From an uncultured cyanobacterium (GTDB lineage Bacteria; Cyanobacteriota; Cyanobacteriia; Leptolyngbyales; Leptolyngbyaceae), in NCBI GenBank assembly GCA_963766075.1, contig CAVYAN010000001.1, forward strand, positions 1 to 52,943: a stretch of DNA of 52,943 bases. Direction: 5' to 3'. The position numbers and the translations under genes were made by a program. The notes under the pieces were generated by a model that was given only the letters and a program-made list of their open reading frames with translations, was not told where the DNA came from and did no database searches. The number at the start of each line of letters is the position of its first letter. The stretch's first letter is position 1. Below are positions 17,705 to 29,040 of this stretch, piece after piece.

Positions 17705-20422
17705 TCAGGTGGAAGTGGGGGTTTTCTTCGTGGTGGTTGTCTTCTTCGTGGTCGTTTTCTTTGTAGTCGTGGCCTTCTTGGTGGTCGTTTTTTTGGCCTC
17801 TGTTTTAGGCGTTTTAGGGGTTTTTGCGGTGGTCGCCTTGCTACCTTTCTTGGTGCCCGCTTTTGCCGCGATCGCCTCCAGGGCTGTCGCCATGGAAATT
17901 GCCTCTACCGTTTCGCCTTCAGGCAAGGACGCATTCACCTTACCGTACTTAATATAAGGACCATAGGGACCATCGTAGATATTCACCGGCTGCTCATCGT
18001 CCGGGTGCAAGCCAATTTCGCGGAGGGGTTTCGCCGCCGCCCGCTTGCCTCGGCCCACTTTGGGCTCTGCCAGCAAGGCCAGCGCCCGCTCCAGTTGAAT
18101 GGTTGTCGCATCATCCCCCCCTTTCAGCGAGCGATAATCCTTCCCGTCTTTGCCCTGGTCATGCACAATATAGGGCCCAAACCGACCCAGGCTAGCCTGA
18201 ATCCGCCCTCCCGTTTCCGGATGAACCCCGAGGGTGCGGGGCAGCGACAACAACCCCACAGACAACTCCAACGTGAGGGTGGCAGGCGTGACCCCCTTGG
18301 GCAAAGAAGCTCGCTTGGGTTTTGGGTTTTCCTCCGTGGCTTCACCCAATTGGACATAGGGTCCATAGGTTCCCAAAAGAATATAGATTGGTTCGCCCGT
18401 TTCTGGGTGGAAGCCGACTTTATCCGGGCCTTCGGTTTTTTGGCGCAGCAGCGTTTGCACTTGCTCGGGGTCGAGATCGGAAGGGGTTAAATCCTTGGGG
18501 ATCGTAGCTTTGACGATTTCGCCGTCGGTTTCGACCTCGATGTAGGCCCCGTAACGGCCAATGCGGACTTTGGCATCCAGGTTTTCGAGGACCACCGTGC
18601 GAGCAGCCGTGGGATCAATGTGGCTTTCCTGCTCACGCACTTGGGTTTCGAGGCCAGCATCTCCCAAATAGAAGTTCTTCAGGTAAGGCAGCCACTGCAC
18701 TTCGCCTGTAGAAATATCATCCAGGGTGCGTTCCATCCGGGCGGTGAAGCTGGTGTCCACTAAGTCGGGAAAATGCTTTTCCAGCAGCGCGGTGACCGCA
18801 AAGGCGGTGAAGGTGGGCACCAGGGCATTGCCCTGGAGTTGGGCATAACCGCGATCGATGATGGTGCCAATGATACTGGCGTAGGTGCTGGGACGGCCAA
18901 TGCCTTCGCCCTCCAGCATTTTCACCAAGGATGCCTCGGTGTAGCGAGCGGGCGGTTGAGTATCGTGCTTCAGGGCATCGAGATCGCGGCAGGCGAGGCG
19001 ATCGCCCCCCCGCATCGCAGGCAGGATCACTTCCTGATCTTCAATGGCGGCGTTGGGATCGTCGGAGCCTTCCACATAGGCCCGGAAAAAGCCAGGGAAA
19101 TCGATACGCTTACCGCTGGCTCGGAAGCCCGCATCTTCAACCTGGATCAGCACGGTCACCATAGTCTGGCGGACTTCAGCCATTTGGCTAGCGACGGTCC
19201 GCTTCCAGATCAGGTCATACAGACGGAACTCCCGATCCTTGAGGCCGGTTTCTTGGGGGGTGCGGAAACTGTTCCCCGCCGGACGGATGGCTTCGTGGGC
19301 CTCCTGAGCCCCTTTGGACTTAGTGGCGTATTGGCGGGGCTGGGGGCTGAGGTATTCAGAGCCGTACTTTTCTTCGACGCAAGCCCGGGCCGCCGCGATC
19401 GCCTGCTGGGACAGATGCACCGAATCGGTCCGCATATAGGTAATATAGCCCTGCTCATAGAGATTCTGGGCCACCCGCATCGTGTCACGGGCTGAGAGTC
19501 CCAATTTGCGGTTGGATTCCTGTTGCAGTGTGGACGTTGTAAAAGGCGGCGACGGCTTGCGGGTCACCGGGCGTTCTTCCAAGGTCGAGACGGTCCAAGG
19601 GCGATCGCGGATACGCTCCTGCAAGGCCAAGGCTTGGGCCTCATTCAACAGCACGACATTTCGCCCCGCCAAAATCTGCCCCGTCGATTCATCAAAATCT
19701 GCCCCCGTCGCCACTTTCATGCCGCTGAGGGTAACGAGCTTGGCTTCAAACTCGTTACTGGCCTTCTGGCCTGGGGCGGCGGCACCCGTCGTTGCCAACT
19801 GGGCCTTCAAATCCCAATAGCTACCCTGGCGAAAGGCGCGCCGCTCACGCTCGCGCCGCACCAGCAAGCGTACGGATACAGACTGAACCCGCCCTGCCGA
19901 TAGACCAAAGGCAATTTTTTTCCACAGGAGTGGCGATAGGGTATAGCCCACCAGCCTATCTAGAATCCGGCGGGTTTCCTGAGCTCGCACCAAGCGCTCA
20001 TCCACCGTGCGACAGTTGCGGATCGCCTCCTGAATCGCCTCCTCGGTAATCTCATGAAATACCATGCGCTTGATCGGGACCTTCGGCTGGAGAATCTGCA
20101 ACAGATGCCAGCTAATACTTTCCCCTTCGCGATCTTCGTCAGTGGCCAGGATCAATTCATCGGCGGCTTTCAGAGCTTCTTTTAATTCCTTGACAATTTT
20201 CTTTTTGTCCTGAGGCACGATGTAGAGAGGCTCAAAATTTGCCTCGACATTTACCCCCAACTGGGCCCATTTTTCAGCTTTGACGCTGGCAGGGATGTCC
20301 TTTGCCGTTTGCGGCAGATCGCGTACATGCCCCATCGACGCCTCTACACGATAGTCCTGCGACAGGTAGTTGCGGATGGTTTTTGCTTTAGTGGGGGATT
20401 CGACAATGACGAGCTTTGGCAT
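17705..20422 (-). CDS. topA: DNA topoisomerase I
   Basis: [37 protein letters not shown] (catalytic Tyr), C-terminal GRYG/GPY repeats and Lys/Thr-rich tail. Confidence 0.97.
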   Translation of the reverse strand: MPKLVIVESPTKAKTIRNYLSQDYRVEASMGHVRDLPQTAKDIPASVKAEKWAQLGVNVEANFEPLYIVPQDKKKIVKELKEALKAADELILATDEDREGESISWHLLQILQPKVPIKRMVFHEITEEAIQEAIRNCRTVDERLVRAQETRRILDRLVGYTLSPLLWKKIAFGLSAGRVQSVSVRLLVRRERERRAFRQGSYWDLKAQLATTGAAAPGQKASNEFEAKLVTLSGMKVATGADFDESTGQILAGRNVVLLNEAQALALQERIRDRPWTVSTLEERPVTRKPSPPFTTSTLQQESNRKLGLSARDTMRVAQNLYEQGYITYMRTDSVHLSQQAIAAARACVEEKYGSEYLSPQPRQYATKSKGAQEAHEAIRPAGNSFRTPQETGLKDREFRLYDLIWKRTVASQMAEVRQTMVTVLIQVEDAGFRASGKRIDFPGFFRAYVEGSDDPNAAIEDQEVILPAMRGGDRLACRDLDALKHDTQPPARYTEASLVKMLEGEGIGRPSTYASIIGTIIDRGYAQLQGNALVPTFTAFAVTALLEKHFPDLVDTSFTARMERTLDDISTGEVQWLPYLKNFYLGDAGLETQVREQESHIDPTAARTVVLENLDAKVRIGRYGAYIEVETDGEIVKATIPKDLTPSDLDPEQVQTLLRQKTEGPDKVGFHPETGEPIYILLGTYGPYVQLGEATEENPKPKRASLPKGVTPATLTLELSVGLLSLPRTLGVHPETGGRIQASLGRFGPYIVHDQGKDGKDYRSLKGGDDATTIQLERALALLAEPKVGRGKRAAAKPLREIGLHPDDEQPVNIYDGPYGPYIKYGKVNASLPEGETVEAISMATALEAIAAKAGTKKGSKATTAKTPKTPKTEAKKTTTKKATTTKKTTTKKTTTTKKTPTST

Positions 20423-21157
20423 GAATCGTTGGCGTTAAACTATGGAATTTAAAAACAAGGGGGATTTCAAAAGCAAGAGCAGCTTGGAAAACTAGGGATT
20501 GGCACAGGTTCGGCTTCCTAAAACTAGGTTTAACACCTTTAAAGCAGCATTCCCGATTTTTCGATGCAAAGTCACCATCGGGCCAGGAATACTCAGAATC
20601 GGTGCGGCTCTAGATCTATTCTGAATCTATCCTTTTCTATAACTATCGAGCAAAATCTATCGAGCAAAATCTAATCATCATAGAGAAAAATCGATGTACA
20701 AGCGGTAAATCAATCAGCATTTGTGATAAAAGCCCTGCTCCCAGGTGAACCACCCGCCAGGAACGCTGCGCCACGTCCTGAATCTTACTTATAGCCAATA
20801 TTGGCCCTGGTACTGGATATTCACAAAAAGTTTCCCGAATTTCCCAAAAGTGTTTTCAAAAATTTGCACATGATTTGCATATAACAGGCTGTCTGTATCC
20901 GGGTTTGCGTGTAACTGGGGTGGATCGCGATCGCCCACCATCACCTGCACCGTGCTCAATTCCATCCGGTCCCAGAGAACCATTGGGGCATGACTCAATA
21001 GGAATCATCAAGATTTCTTTCCGATCTGCTGCGAGTGTAGCGGAGTTTGCGCGGTAGAATCCACTCTAGAGGATTTGTCTGTGCCACGCTTCATCCGAAT
21101 CGGTGTGGCTTGCCGAACCTGGGGCAGATTTTGAACTTTTTCATAGGTTAGCGTTTC

Positions 21158-22762
21158 ATGGACTTTGCCACCCTTGCTAGTCAACTCAATGCCGGAGCCA
21201 TTTTGCCAGAGGGCATCGTCATCTTGACGTTGCTGTTGGTCGTGGTCGTGGACCTGATTGCCGGACGGAGTGCTTCCCGTGGATTGCCCTATGTGGCGAT
21301 CGCCGGATTACTGGGGGCGATCGTCGCCCTCTGCTACCAGTGGGATAGCAGCACCCCCATTTCATTTCTGGGCAGCTTTAATGGCGATGCTCTTAGCGTC
21401 TTGTTCCGGGGCATCATTGCCTTGTCGGCGGCTACCACCCTCCTCATGTCCATCCGCTACGTCGAGCAGTCCGGTACCTCCCTAGCGGAATTTATCGCTA
21501 TTTTGTTTTCGGCCACCGTCGGTGGCATGTTTCTCGCCGGGTCCGATGAATTGGTCATGATTTTCGTTTCCCTGGAAACGCTGAGTATTTCTTCTTACTT
21601 GCTAACGGGCTACACCAAGCGTGATCCCCGCTCCAACGAAGCCGCGCTGAAGTATTTGCTGATTGGGGCCTCCAGTTCCGCCATTTTTCTCTACGGTTTG
21701 TCGCTGCTGTATGGCCTGTCTGGCGGACAAACCAACCTAAGCAGCATTGCAGCCAGCATTGCCAGCAGTGGGGCCGATCAGTCAATTGGCTTGGTCGTCT
21801 CTTTGGTATTTGTCATTGCAGGCATTGCCTTCAAAATCGCGGCTGTGCCGTTTCACCAATGGACCCCCGATGTTTACGAAGGCTCTCCCACCCCCGTGGT
21901 AGCCTTCCTATCCGTTGGCTCCAAAACCGCAGGCTTTGCCTTAGCCATTCGGCTACTGGTCACGGCCTTTCCCCTACTGACGGAGCAGTGGCACTTTGTG
22001 CTGACTGCTTTAGCCATCCTCAGCATGATTTTGGGCAACGTGGTCGCTCTCGCCCAAACCAGCATGAAGCGGCTGCTGGCTTACTCCTCGATCGGGCAAG
22101 CCGGATTTGTCATGATTGGCCTGGTGGTTGGCACCGATGCCGGTTATGCCAGCATGATTTTCTACTTGCTGATTTACCTGTTCATGAACCTGGGCGCGTT
22201 TGGCGGCGTGATTTTGTTCTCGTTGCGCACCGGGACGGACCAAATTAGCGAGTATGCGGGGCTGTACCAGAAGGATCCCTTGCTGACATTGGTGTTGAGT
22301 CTATGCCTGCTCTCCCTAGGTGGCATCCCCCCCTTGGCCGGATTTTTTGGCAAGATTTATCTCTTTTGGGCGGGTTGGCAGGCAGGAGCCTATGGCCTGG
22401 TGCTGCTGGGTTTAATTACCAGCGTTATCTCGATTTACTACTACATCCGGGTTGTCAAGATGATGGTAGTCAAAGAACCGCAGGAAATGTCAGATTCGGT
22501 GAAGGATTACCCGCCGATTCGCTGGGATTTGCCGGGAATGCGGCCGCTGCAGGTGGGATTGATCCTGTCCGTGGTGGCAACGTCCTTGGCAGGGATCCTG
22601 GCTAATCCTTTGTTTACTTTGGCCAATGAGGCGGTAGCTAAAACGCCGATTTTACAGGCGGGCATTGTGGCCAAAAGCGTGGCCGTTGAGGGCTTGGCGG
22701 CAGTGAACCCTATGCCAGTGAGTCAACCTGCAAGCGTGCCATCCTCCTTGGTGAAGCTATAA
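21158..22762 (+). CDS. ndhB: NAD(P)H-quinone oxidoreductase subunit 2 (NdhB/NuoN)
   Basis: [13 protein letters not shown] start, [34 protein letters not shown]. Confidence 0.96.
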   Translation: MDFATLASQLNAGAILPEGIVILTLLLVVVVDLIAGRSASRGLPYVAIAGLLGAIVALCYQWDSSTPISFLGSFNGDALSVLFRGIIALSAATTLLMSIRYVEQSGTSLAEFIAILFSATVGGMFLAGSDELVMIFVSLETLSISSYLLTGYTKRDPRSNEAALKYLLIGASSSAIFLYGLSLLYGLSGGQTNLSSIAASIASSGADQSIGLVVSLVFVIAGIAFKIAAVPFHQWTPDVYEGSPTPVVAFLSVGSKTAGFALAIRLLVTAFPLLTEQWHFVLTALAILSMILGNVVALAQTSMKRLLAYSSIGQAGFVMIGLVVGTDAGYASMIFYLLIYLFMNLGAFGGVILFSLRTGTDQISEYAGLYQKDPLLTLVLSLCLLSLGGIPPLAGFFGKIYLFWAGWQAGAYGLVLLGLITSVISIYYYIRVVKMMVVKEPQEMSDSVKDYPPIRWDLPGMRPLQVGLILSVVATSLAGILANPLFTLANEAVAKTPILQAGIVAKSVAVEGLAAVNPMPVSQPASVPSSLVKL

Positions 22763-22840
22763 GGTTATCGGTTATTTCTCCTCGTTCTAGGTACTGTGTG
22801 TGCTTTTAAACTGTGTGTTCCTTAAATGGACACACAGTTT

Positions 22841-22874
22841 AGGCCCCCGAGATTTTTGAAAATCTCGGGGGCCT
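22841..22874. terminator. Perfect GC-rich hairpin between convergent genes
   Basis: AGGCCCCCGAGATTT-TTGA-AAATCTCGGGGGCCT; preceded by a second hairpin at 22807-22841. Confidence 0.65.
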
Positions 22875-22912
22875 TCATTTCTCGTCGCAATGCTTCAATC
22901 AGCAATCAGCCG

Positions 22913-23317
22913 TCAGTGTGTATCATCCTTGGGCTGGGTCAGCGTGGTCCAGGCGACCTTGGCGGCTTCCGTCAGTCGGGTACCAAAGGATTCGATTTCA
23001 CCCATCACGGATTGAATGTTCTTTTCGGCTTCCTGCTGAATCTGCTGAACCGATTGCTCAATGCGATCGCGTTCAATTAACTGATTCTGCTCTAGGGCCT
23101 CTCGGGCTTGCCGCACGGCCTTCAGGTAGGTTTCTCTAGACAAGTCCCCTGCTGCCTGAATTTCGGCTTGGGCCCGTCGCTTAATCGCTTCAATCAGGGC
23201 TTCAGTTTCGGATTGGATCACATAAGTGCTGCGATCGGTCGGTAAAGGTTGATTGTCCGGCACCACTAGGGTAGCCGGATCGGGCGTTGCCGGATCGTGA
23301 GAAGGATCAGAACTCAT
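22913..23317 (-). CDS. Conserved cyanobacterial hypothetical protein (helical)
   Basis: 134-aa ORF with GGAGGAG RBS; ETEALIEAIKRRAQ...AAKVAW helical pattern. Confidence 0.75.
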   Translation of the reverse strand: MSSDPSHDPATPDPATLVVPDNQPLPTDRSTYVIQSETEALIEAIKRRAQAEIQAAGDLSRETYLKAVRQAREALEQNQLIERDRIEQSVQQIQQEAEKNIQSVMGEIESFGTRLTEAAKVAWTTLTQPKDDTH

Positions 23318-23494
23318 GGGTATCTCCTCCCTAAAAGGGGACGTAAAAAGGGGGCATAAAGCCGGAGCCTACCTTTATTATGATAGGGCGCGATCGCAGA
23401 TGGCAGGGGGGAAAACTCCACTCCTGGGTTCGGATGATTCGCTCTGCTGCGCCTTGGCCTCAATTGCTCGGAATTCTACCGCCGTGAATCCTGA

Positions 23495-23902
23495 ATGTTT
23501 TCTGATCCCACAGTTCGGATACCGCTTGCTATCAGCCTGGGGGCGATCGCGGGAGCGCTCAGCCGCTACTACTTCACCCTTTGGGCCGTTCAAAAATGGG
23601 GAGCCGCCCTGCCCTACGGCACCTTCTGGATCAACATCAGCGGCTGTTTTTTCATGGGTGTGATCGCCACCCTAGCTGGGGAACGGCTGTCGCTGTCGCC
23701 GGAAATTCGCCTGATGCTGACCACTGGGTTTCTGGGGTCCTACACAACCTTTTCGACCTATAGCTTAGATACCGTGAGCCTGCTCCGCACCCACGGTCGT
23801 TGGCTGGCTGGCCTCTACTGGCTGGGCAGTGCTAGCCTCGGCATTCTGGCCTTACAAGTGGGCATGATGTGCGCCAAGATCGGTAAATCTAGTGGACTTT
23901 AG
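23495..23902 (+). CDS. crcB: Fluoride channel Fluc/CrcB
   Basis: GAIAGALSRY, PYGTFWINISG, GFLGSYTTFSTY. Confidence 0.93.
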   Translation: MFSDPTVRIPLAISLGAIAGALSRYYFTLWAVQKWGAALPYGTFWINISGCFFMGVIATLAGERLSLSPEIRLMLTTGFLGSYTTFSTYSLDTVSLLRTHGRWLAGLYWLGSASLGILALQVGMMCAKIGKSSGL

Positions 23903-24156
23903 ATTTAGGAGAGTTGGGAGTGCTCGGTCGAACACCGCGCACATCAAGACTGAGCAATTTAGAGGCTGAACGGTTTAGAGGCTGAGCAGTTGAATTATGG
24001 TAAATGCTTGCCGGGACGGGGTTGCAGATGTTGAGTCCCGGGAGTCCCCTGTTGATGATGCCTGACTCGGAGCCAGAGCGAAGGAATACATTCCACCGCT
24101 AAAAAAGCCCATGGACTGTCGGAAATGAGCTGTCGGAAATGAGCGGTCAGAAACGG

Positions 24157-24336
24157 CTAATCGCGATGGTGATCCTTCGGGGCACAGTCCATATCCAGAC
24201 AGCGCTCCAGTAGGGTAATGCTGTACAAGTACCAAAATCGCCGGGGGTCCAATACTGGCTGATAGTGAACATTAAACAGGGGCTGATTCAGATATTGCCA
24301 GAAAGGAAATTTATTTAAAGTGTTCTTGGAAAACAT
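24157..24336 (-). CDS. Small conserved cyanobacterial protein (59 aa)
   Basis: MFSKNTLNKFPFWQYLNQPLF...DPRRFW...LLERC; ATG at 24336 within the 24157-24450 ORF. Confidence 0.6.
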   Translation of the reverse strand: MFSKNTLNKFPFWQYLNQPLFNVHYQPVLDPRRFWYLYSITLLERCLDMDCAPKDHHRD

Positions 24337-24731
24337 AAAAGTACTAGGGATGTAGGGGTGGATCAATCGGGCAGTGGGGCTGGTTGGACAACTGCGGGCA
24401 TGATGGCTTGAGTGTGCCCTCAAGGGGAGCTTTACCACCATGAATTGCAAGAATCGCTATATAGACCATGCCAGAAACATCCGGAAATTCCCTGGTAAGG
24501 ATCTCGGAATCTTTTTCGCTGCGGTTTCATGGCCTCTGTATTTCTATTGAGAAATTTCGCGATCGTATGGGAGGGGGATTGCCAGGGGGATTGACCCCGT
24601 GTTTGTACGGAAAATAGTCCGGGTGACGGAGTTCCCTTCCGTAGGATCTATGTTGGTACAGCAGGGAATTTACAGTAGGGTTGAGCAGCGTCGGGAATCT
24701 ACTCCGTAAACTTGTCGAAGTTAACGTTATT

Positions 24732-24817
24732 CAAGTTTTAAGTTGCTCAAGTTTTAAGTTGCTCAAGTTTTAAGTTGCTCAAGTTTTAAGTTGCCCAAGT
24801 TTTAAGTTGCCCAAGTT
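24732..24817. repeat. 16-bp tandem repeat (CAAGTTTTAAGTTGCY), 5 copies plus a partial
   Basis: Read directly; no spacers. Confidence 0.95.
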
Positions 24818-24833
24818 AAGCTGGACCGAGCCT

Positions 24834-26846
24834 ATGAAGCCTGAATCCCTCCAGACCCCCCAGGAAGGTTGCTCAAGCGCTATTGTGTTTGAACGCATGC
24901 GGCAAATTTTGCACCAAGCCGTTGTCGAGACTCCGCCTACCGAACGTCAGGTGCTGCAACTCCTAGCCAGTGCTACGGAGACGCTGCTGGCCCTGGATGC
25001 GTCCGGGCGACTGATGTATCTCAATCAGCAAGCCACCGCGCTGCTGGAGTCCCCCGACTCTACCGCTCTGGGAAAGCTTCGGAAACAGGCGGAACAGGAG
25101 CATTTAATGGGGGTGATTGCCCAGCGGATTCGGCAATCGTTGGATTTGCAGGATATTCTCAACACGACCGTATCGGAAGTACGGCAGTTTCTGAATACGG
25201 ATCGGGTGGTGATCTATCGGTTTGAATCCACTGGGGAAGGAACGGTCACGGCGGAATCGGTCGATGCGCCTTGGCGATCGCTCGTGGGCATCACCCTAAA
25301 CGCCACCTGGTTCAAACAGCGCCTTTCTGACTACCGTCAAGGAAAATGTTTAATTGTGCCGGATGTGCAGGCGCTGGACCCGCACGATGGTCTTCGCAAA
25401 TTTTGGCAACGGTTGCAGGTGCGGGCTGGGGTATCTTTGCCAATTGTGCATGGGGGGAACCTTTGGGGCATTTTGGTGGCCCACCAATGCACGCGGGTGC
25501 GACAGTGGGAGGCCCTCGAGATTGATCTGTTGGAGCAATTAGCGATTCAGGTGGCGATCGCTCTACAGCAGTCGGAACGCTACGGCCAAGTGCAACAGCT
25601 CAATGCCGATCTTGAAGCGCAAGTGCGGGAACGCACCGCCGAATTGCAGCAGGCCCTAGACTTTGAGGCCATGCTGAAGCGGATTACCGATGCCGTTCGC
25701 GACAGCCTAGACGAAGGCAAAATTTTGCAGGCGGCGGTGCAAGAGTTAGCGGATGGGCTGGGTGCCGATGCCTGTGATGCGGCTTTGCACAATGCCGAGC
25801 AGCAAACCTCAACAATTTGCTACGAGCACATTCGGGCAAATATGTCTCCGGCGGCGGGGATTTGTCTCGAAATGGCGAATATGCCCGAAGTGTATCGACA
25901 AATTTTGAGTGGGCAATGCTTCCAATTTTGTCCGGCTGAATATAATCTGATTCGCCCCACAATTACCCGTAACCACGCCATTTTGGCCTGCCCGATGATG
26001 GATGATCAGGGGGTAGTGGGGGATCTGTGGGTATTTAAACCCACGCACCATGCCTTTACCATGCTGGAAATTCGACTGGTGCAACAGGTGGCCAATCAAT
26101 GTGCGATCGGGATTCGGCAAGCGCGGCTGTATCAGGCGGCCCAGGCCCAGGTGGCCGCCTTGGAGGAATTAAATCAGTTTAAAGACGACTTTCTCAGTAC
26201 GGTGTCCCATGAGTTGCGCACCCCTGTGTCGAACATGAAAATGGCGATTCACATGCTGCGGCGCATTCCTACGCCCGATCGCCAAACCACCTACCTCGAT
26301 ATTCTAGAAAACGAGTGCAGTCGGGAAATTGCCCTGATTAACGATTTACTGGATTTACAGCGTCTGGAAGCAAAGTCCTACCATGTTTCCCTGGAGCCCT
26401 TGGATCTCCGGGATACTCTGCTGGACTTAATCCAGCCCTTTCAGGAGCGCACAGGTGCCCGTCAACAAGTCCTGACCCTCGATTTAGCCGAGGACTTGCC
26501 AATCTTGCATACGGACAAAGCTGGATTTGAGCGGGTGCTCGTGGAACTGCTGCATAATGCCTGCAAATACACTTCTCCCTCAGGCAAAATTCATCTCGAG
26601 GTGAGGGCGTCGGGTTTAACAGTGGGAAAAACTGTGCTGATCCGCATCGGAAATCAAGCTGATATTCCTCCGACAGAACTCCCGAAGGTGTTTGATAAGT
26701 TCTATCGGCTGCCCAATGGCGATCGCTGGAAACAGGGGGGTACCGGGCTGGGCTTAACGCTGGTGCAGCGATTAATCGCTGAGTTGGGGGGACAAATTAC
26801 CGTCACCAGTGCCCAAGGCTGGACCGAGTTTACTGTTGAGCTATAG
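24834..26846 (+). CDS. GAF-GAF sensor histidine kinase
   Basis: Two GAF domains (DRVVIYRF...LWGILVAHQC), H-box VSHELRTP, N-box NACKY, G-box GGTGLGL. Confidence 0.92.
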   Translation: MKPESLQTPQEGCSSAIVFERMRQILHQAVVETPPTERQVLQLLASATETLLALDASGRLMYLNQQATALLESPDSTALGKLRKQAEQEHLMGVIAQRIRQSLDLQDILNTTVSEVRQFLNTDRVVIYRFESTGEGTVTAESVDAPWRSLVGITLNATWFKQRLSDYRQGKCLIVPDVQALDPHDGLRKFWQRLQVRAGVSLPIVHGGNLWGILVAHQCTRVRQWEALEIDLLEQLAIQVAIALQQSERYGQVQQLNADLEAQVRERTAELQQALDFEAMLKRITDAVRDSLDEGKILQAAVQELADGLGADACDAALHNAEQQTSTICYEHIRANMSPAAGICLEMANMPEVYRQILSGQCFQFCPAEYNLIRPTITRNHAILACPMMDDQGVVGDLWVFKPTHHAFTMLEIRLVQQVANQCAIGIRQARLYQAAQAQVAALEELNQFKDDFLSTVSHELRTPVSNMKMAIHMLRRIPTPDRQTTYLDILENECSREIALINDLLDLQRLEAKSYHVSLEPLDLRDTLLDLIQPFQERTGARQQVLTLDLAEDLPILHTDKAGFERVLVELLHNACKYTSPSGKIHLEVRASGLTVGKTVLIRIGNQADIPPTELPKVFDKFYRLPNGDRWKQGGTGLGLTLVQRLIAELGGQITVTSAQGWTEFTVEL

Positions 26847-27024
26847 CCGTTCTATGATCGTTCTTCAGTGAGCCAAAGGAATTCTCCGGCTTCAGTAGGC
26901 CACGGAAGTCACCAGACAATACCAGAAAATTAACTGTGCACCGGAAATGCGGCAGGCCACCTCTCGGGCAAAGGAACGATTGGTCCGCTTCGTCTCCCAG
27001 ACCGGCCCTTCGCCCACTGGCGCT

Positions 27025-27321
27025 TTAGCCAATCTCGACCAAACACTGCGTCGGGGTCGAATAAATTTCTTCTTCGGCAAAACAGATGGCAATTTGCCGC
27101 ATGCCCAAGACCAACCAGGTGTATTCCCGAAGGCGATCCACTTCGCTGAGAAGCTCGTCAACCATCCAGGCTTCGGCGCAATGGATGGTGAGTTGATGTC
27201 GGGTTCGTAACGTCAACAGGCTGGGCGCTAATGAATTGGGGAACAGCGCGCGAAATCGTTCTAATCGGTGTTTTTGAAGCAGACGACGATCTTGGTTTGT
27301 TAAATGTAATTCGGAAGACAT
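27025..27321 (-). CDS. Hypothetical protein (98 aa)
   Basis: ATG with GAGG RBS; LERFR...LTIHCAEAWMVDELL pattern typical of a small cyanobacterial family. Confidence 0.65.
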   Translation of the reverse strand: MSSELHLTNQDRRLLQKHRLERFRALFPNSLAPSLLTLRTRHQLTIHCAEAWMVDELLSEVDRLREYTWLVLGMRQIAICFAEEEIYSTPTQCLVEIG

Positions 27322-27741
27322 AACAGTATCCTCTCAACCGGAGATGTCCTGATATAACCGATCTAAGAAACAGGACTCTACTGTAAAACTCAGGAGATTC
27401 TCCTGAGCCTTTATGGAAACATTAAGGGAATTTACGGAGAATCCAGCTCATGATGGGGCGAACACTGGCTGAAAGGAGGCAGGAGTTCCCTTTCAGCCAG
27501 TGTCACGGTCTCGCGACATAATAAAGAACCTGTGAAGCGATCGCCCCCATGATTCGCGTTTCCCCGACAAGTTGTCTATAACCAAGTGGTCTATCAAGTG
27601 GTCCATAAAGGACTTCCATGAAAATAAACTGCCCGTAAACCCGCAGGGTAACCCAACCTCCTGGGATGATTTTTTGTTTGTAAGTCCTGCTTTTCCCCGC
27701 TCTACCCTGACGCTCTACCCTTAATTGTTCTGTGATTTTAC

Positions 27742-28755
27742 ATGTCTGAAGCAATGCCCAATTCTCAACCTCGCGTTCTCTGTCTTGGGGAAGTGTTATG
27801 GGACTACCTGGCCGATCAACCTGGATTGGCCTATCACTTTGTTCGATCGTGGACCGCCTATCCGGGGGGTGCACCGGCTAATGTGGCCTGTGGGCTAGCA
27901 AAACTGGGCACATCGGCAGGATTTATTGGCTGTATCGGGCGGGATACTGCGGGGGGAGAACTGGTTCAGGTGTTGCACAACGCCCAGGTGGATACTGTGG
28001 GTGTGCAGTATCATCCGGCAGCGCCCACGCGGGGAGTTTATGTGGTGCGGACAGCCACGGGCGATCGCCAATTTGCGGGGTTTGGGGAGCGGGACGCCGC
28101 AGCCTTTGCCGACTGCTACCTACAGGCAGATCGCTTACCTGTTGAGCGCTTTGCTACGGCGGAATACTTAGTACTGGGCACGTTGGAGTTGGCCTATGCG
28201 GACAGTCGCAGGGCGATCGCGCGGGCGATCAACCTGGCGGACCAGTATTATCTGAAAATCTTACTGGATGTGAACTGGCGACCTGTGTTCTGGAAAGATG
28301 CCGATAAAAACTCGGGGGTGGCTCTGGAGCTAGTTCGGGCCCTGTTGCCACGCATCGACTTCCTCAAACTGTCTGAAGAAGAAGCGGAGTGGTTGTTTGG
28401 CACTACCGATCCAGGGGCGATCGCTCACCAAGTCGATAGTTTGGAAGGGGTGTTAGTGACCGCTGGCGATCAAGGCTGTGCCTACTGTCTGAATGGCCAT
28501 GTCGGGCACTGGCCGGCGTTCCCTGTGGATGTAGAAGACACAACAGGAGCCGGGGATAGCTTTGTGGCGGGGTTCTTGTCCCAACTGTGTCAAAAGGGAT
28601 TGCGCTGTCTACAGGAGGCCAAAGGGGCACGAGCTGTAGTGCGCTATGCCAGTGCGGTAGGAGCGTTGACCACGAGCCATGCTGGGGCGATCGCTGCCCA
28701 GCCAACCCCCGCAGAAGTCGATGCCTTTCTTTACCTGCACGAACAAATGGACTAG
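27742..28755 (+). CDS. PfkB family carbohydrate kinase (fructokinase-like)
   Basis: GGAPANVA, DVNWRP, DTTGAGDSF. Confidence 0.9.
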   Translation: MSEAMPNSQPRVLCLGEVLWDYLADQPGLAYHFVRSWTAYPGGAPANVACGLAKLGTSAGFIGCIGRDTAGGELVQVLHNAQVDTVGVQYHPAAPTRGVYVVRTATGDRQFAGFGERDAAAFADCYLQADRLPVERFATAEYLVLGTLELAYADSRRAIARAINLADQYYLKILLDVNWRPVFWKDADKNSGVALELVRALLPRIDFLKLSEEEAEWLFGTTDPGAIAHQVDSLEGVLVTAGDQGCAYCLNGHVGHWPAFPVDVEDTTGAGDSFVAGFLSQLCQKGLRCLQEAKGARAVVRYASAVGALTTSHAGAIAAQPTPAEVDAFLYLHEQMD

Positions 28756-29040
28756 CAGAGGGCTATACCCCAATCAGCGGTGGCTAACGCGCCAATTCCA
28801 GGGACCATTGCCGAATTCCAGCGGCCCGGTTCCAATCTCAAGTGATTTCCAAAACAGACGTGATTTCCAAAACAGACGTTAACCGTTCGATATGATACGG
28901 TCATAAACGAGGTTGAGGATGTAGCCTTCCGTCTGACACGGTTAATTGTCTGGCACAGTTACTGGCACAGTTGGGCACAGTTAATTGTTTGGCACCATTA
29001 ATTGTCTCACTCAGATAATTGTCTTACTCAGAAGAACGCT

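Noticed and set aside
23340..23494. Fluoride riboswitch upstream of crcB
   Set aside because: No GGYGATGGNGTTCRCC...GCTRATGAC-type consensus found on the + strand
24732..24817. Possible CRISPR array (also considered 14015-14080 and 40397-40585)
   Set aside because: Head-to-tail units with no unique spacers of CRISPR length, and no cas genes
26857..26980. Glutamine (glnA) riboswitch-like words ATCGTTC...ACGGAAGT...AAGGAACGAT
   Set aside because: Lies between two convergent 3' ends, lacks the AGTA E-loop, and the internal spacing is far longer than the motif allows
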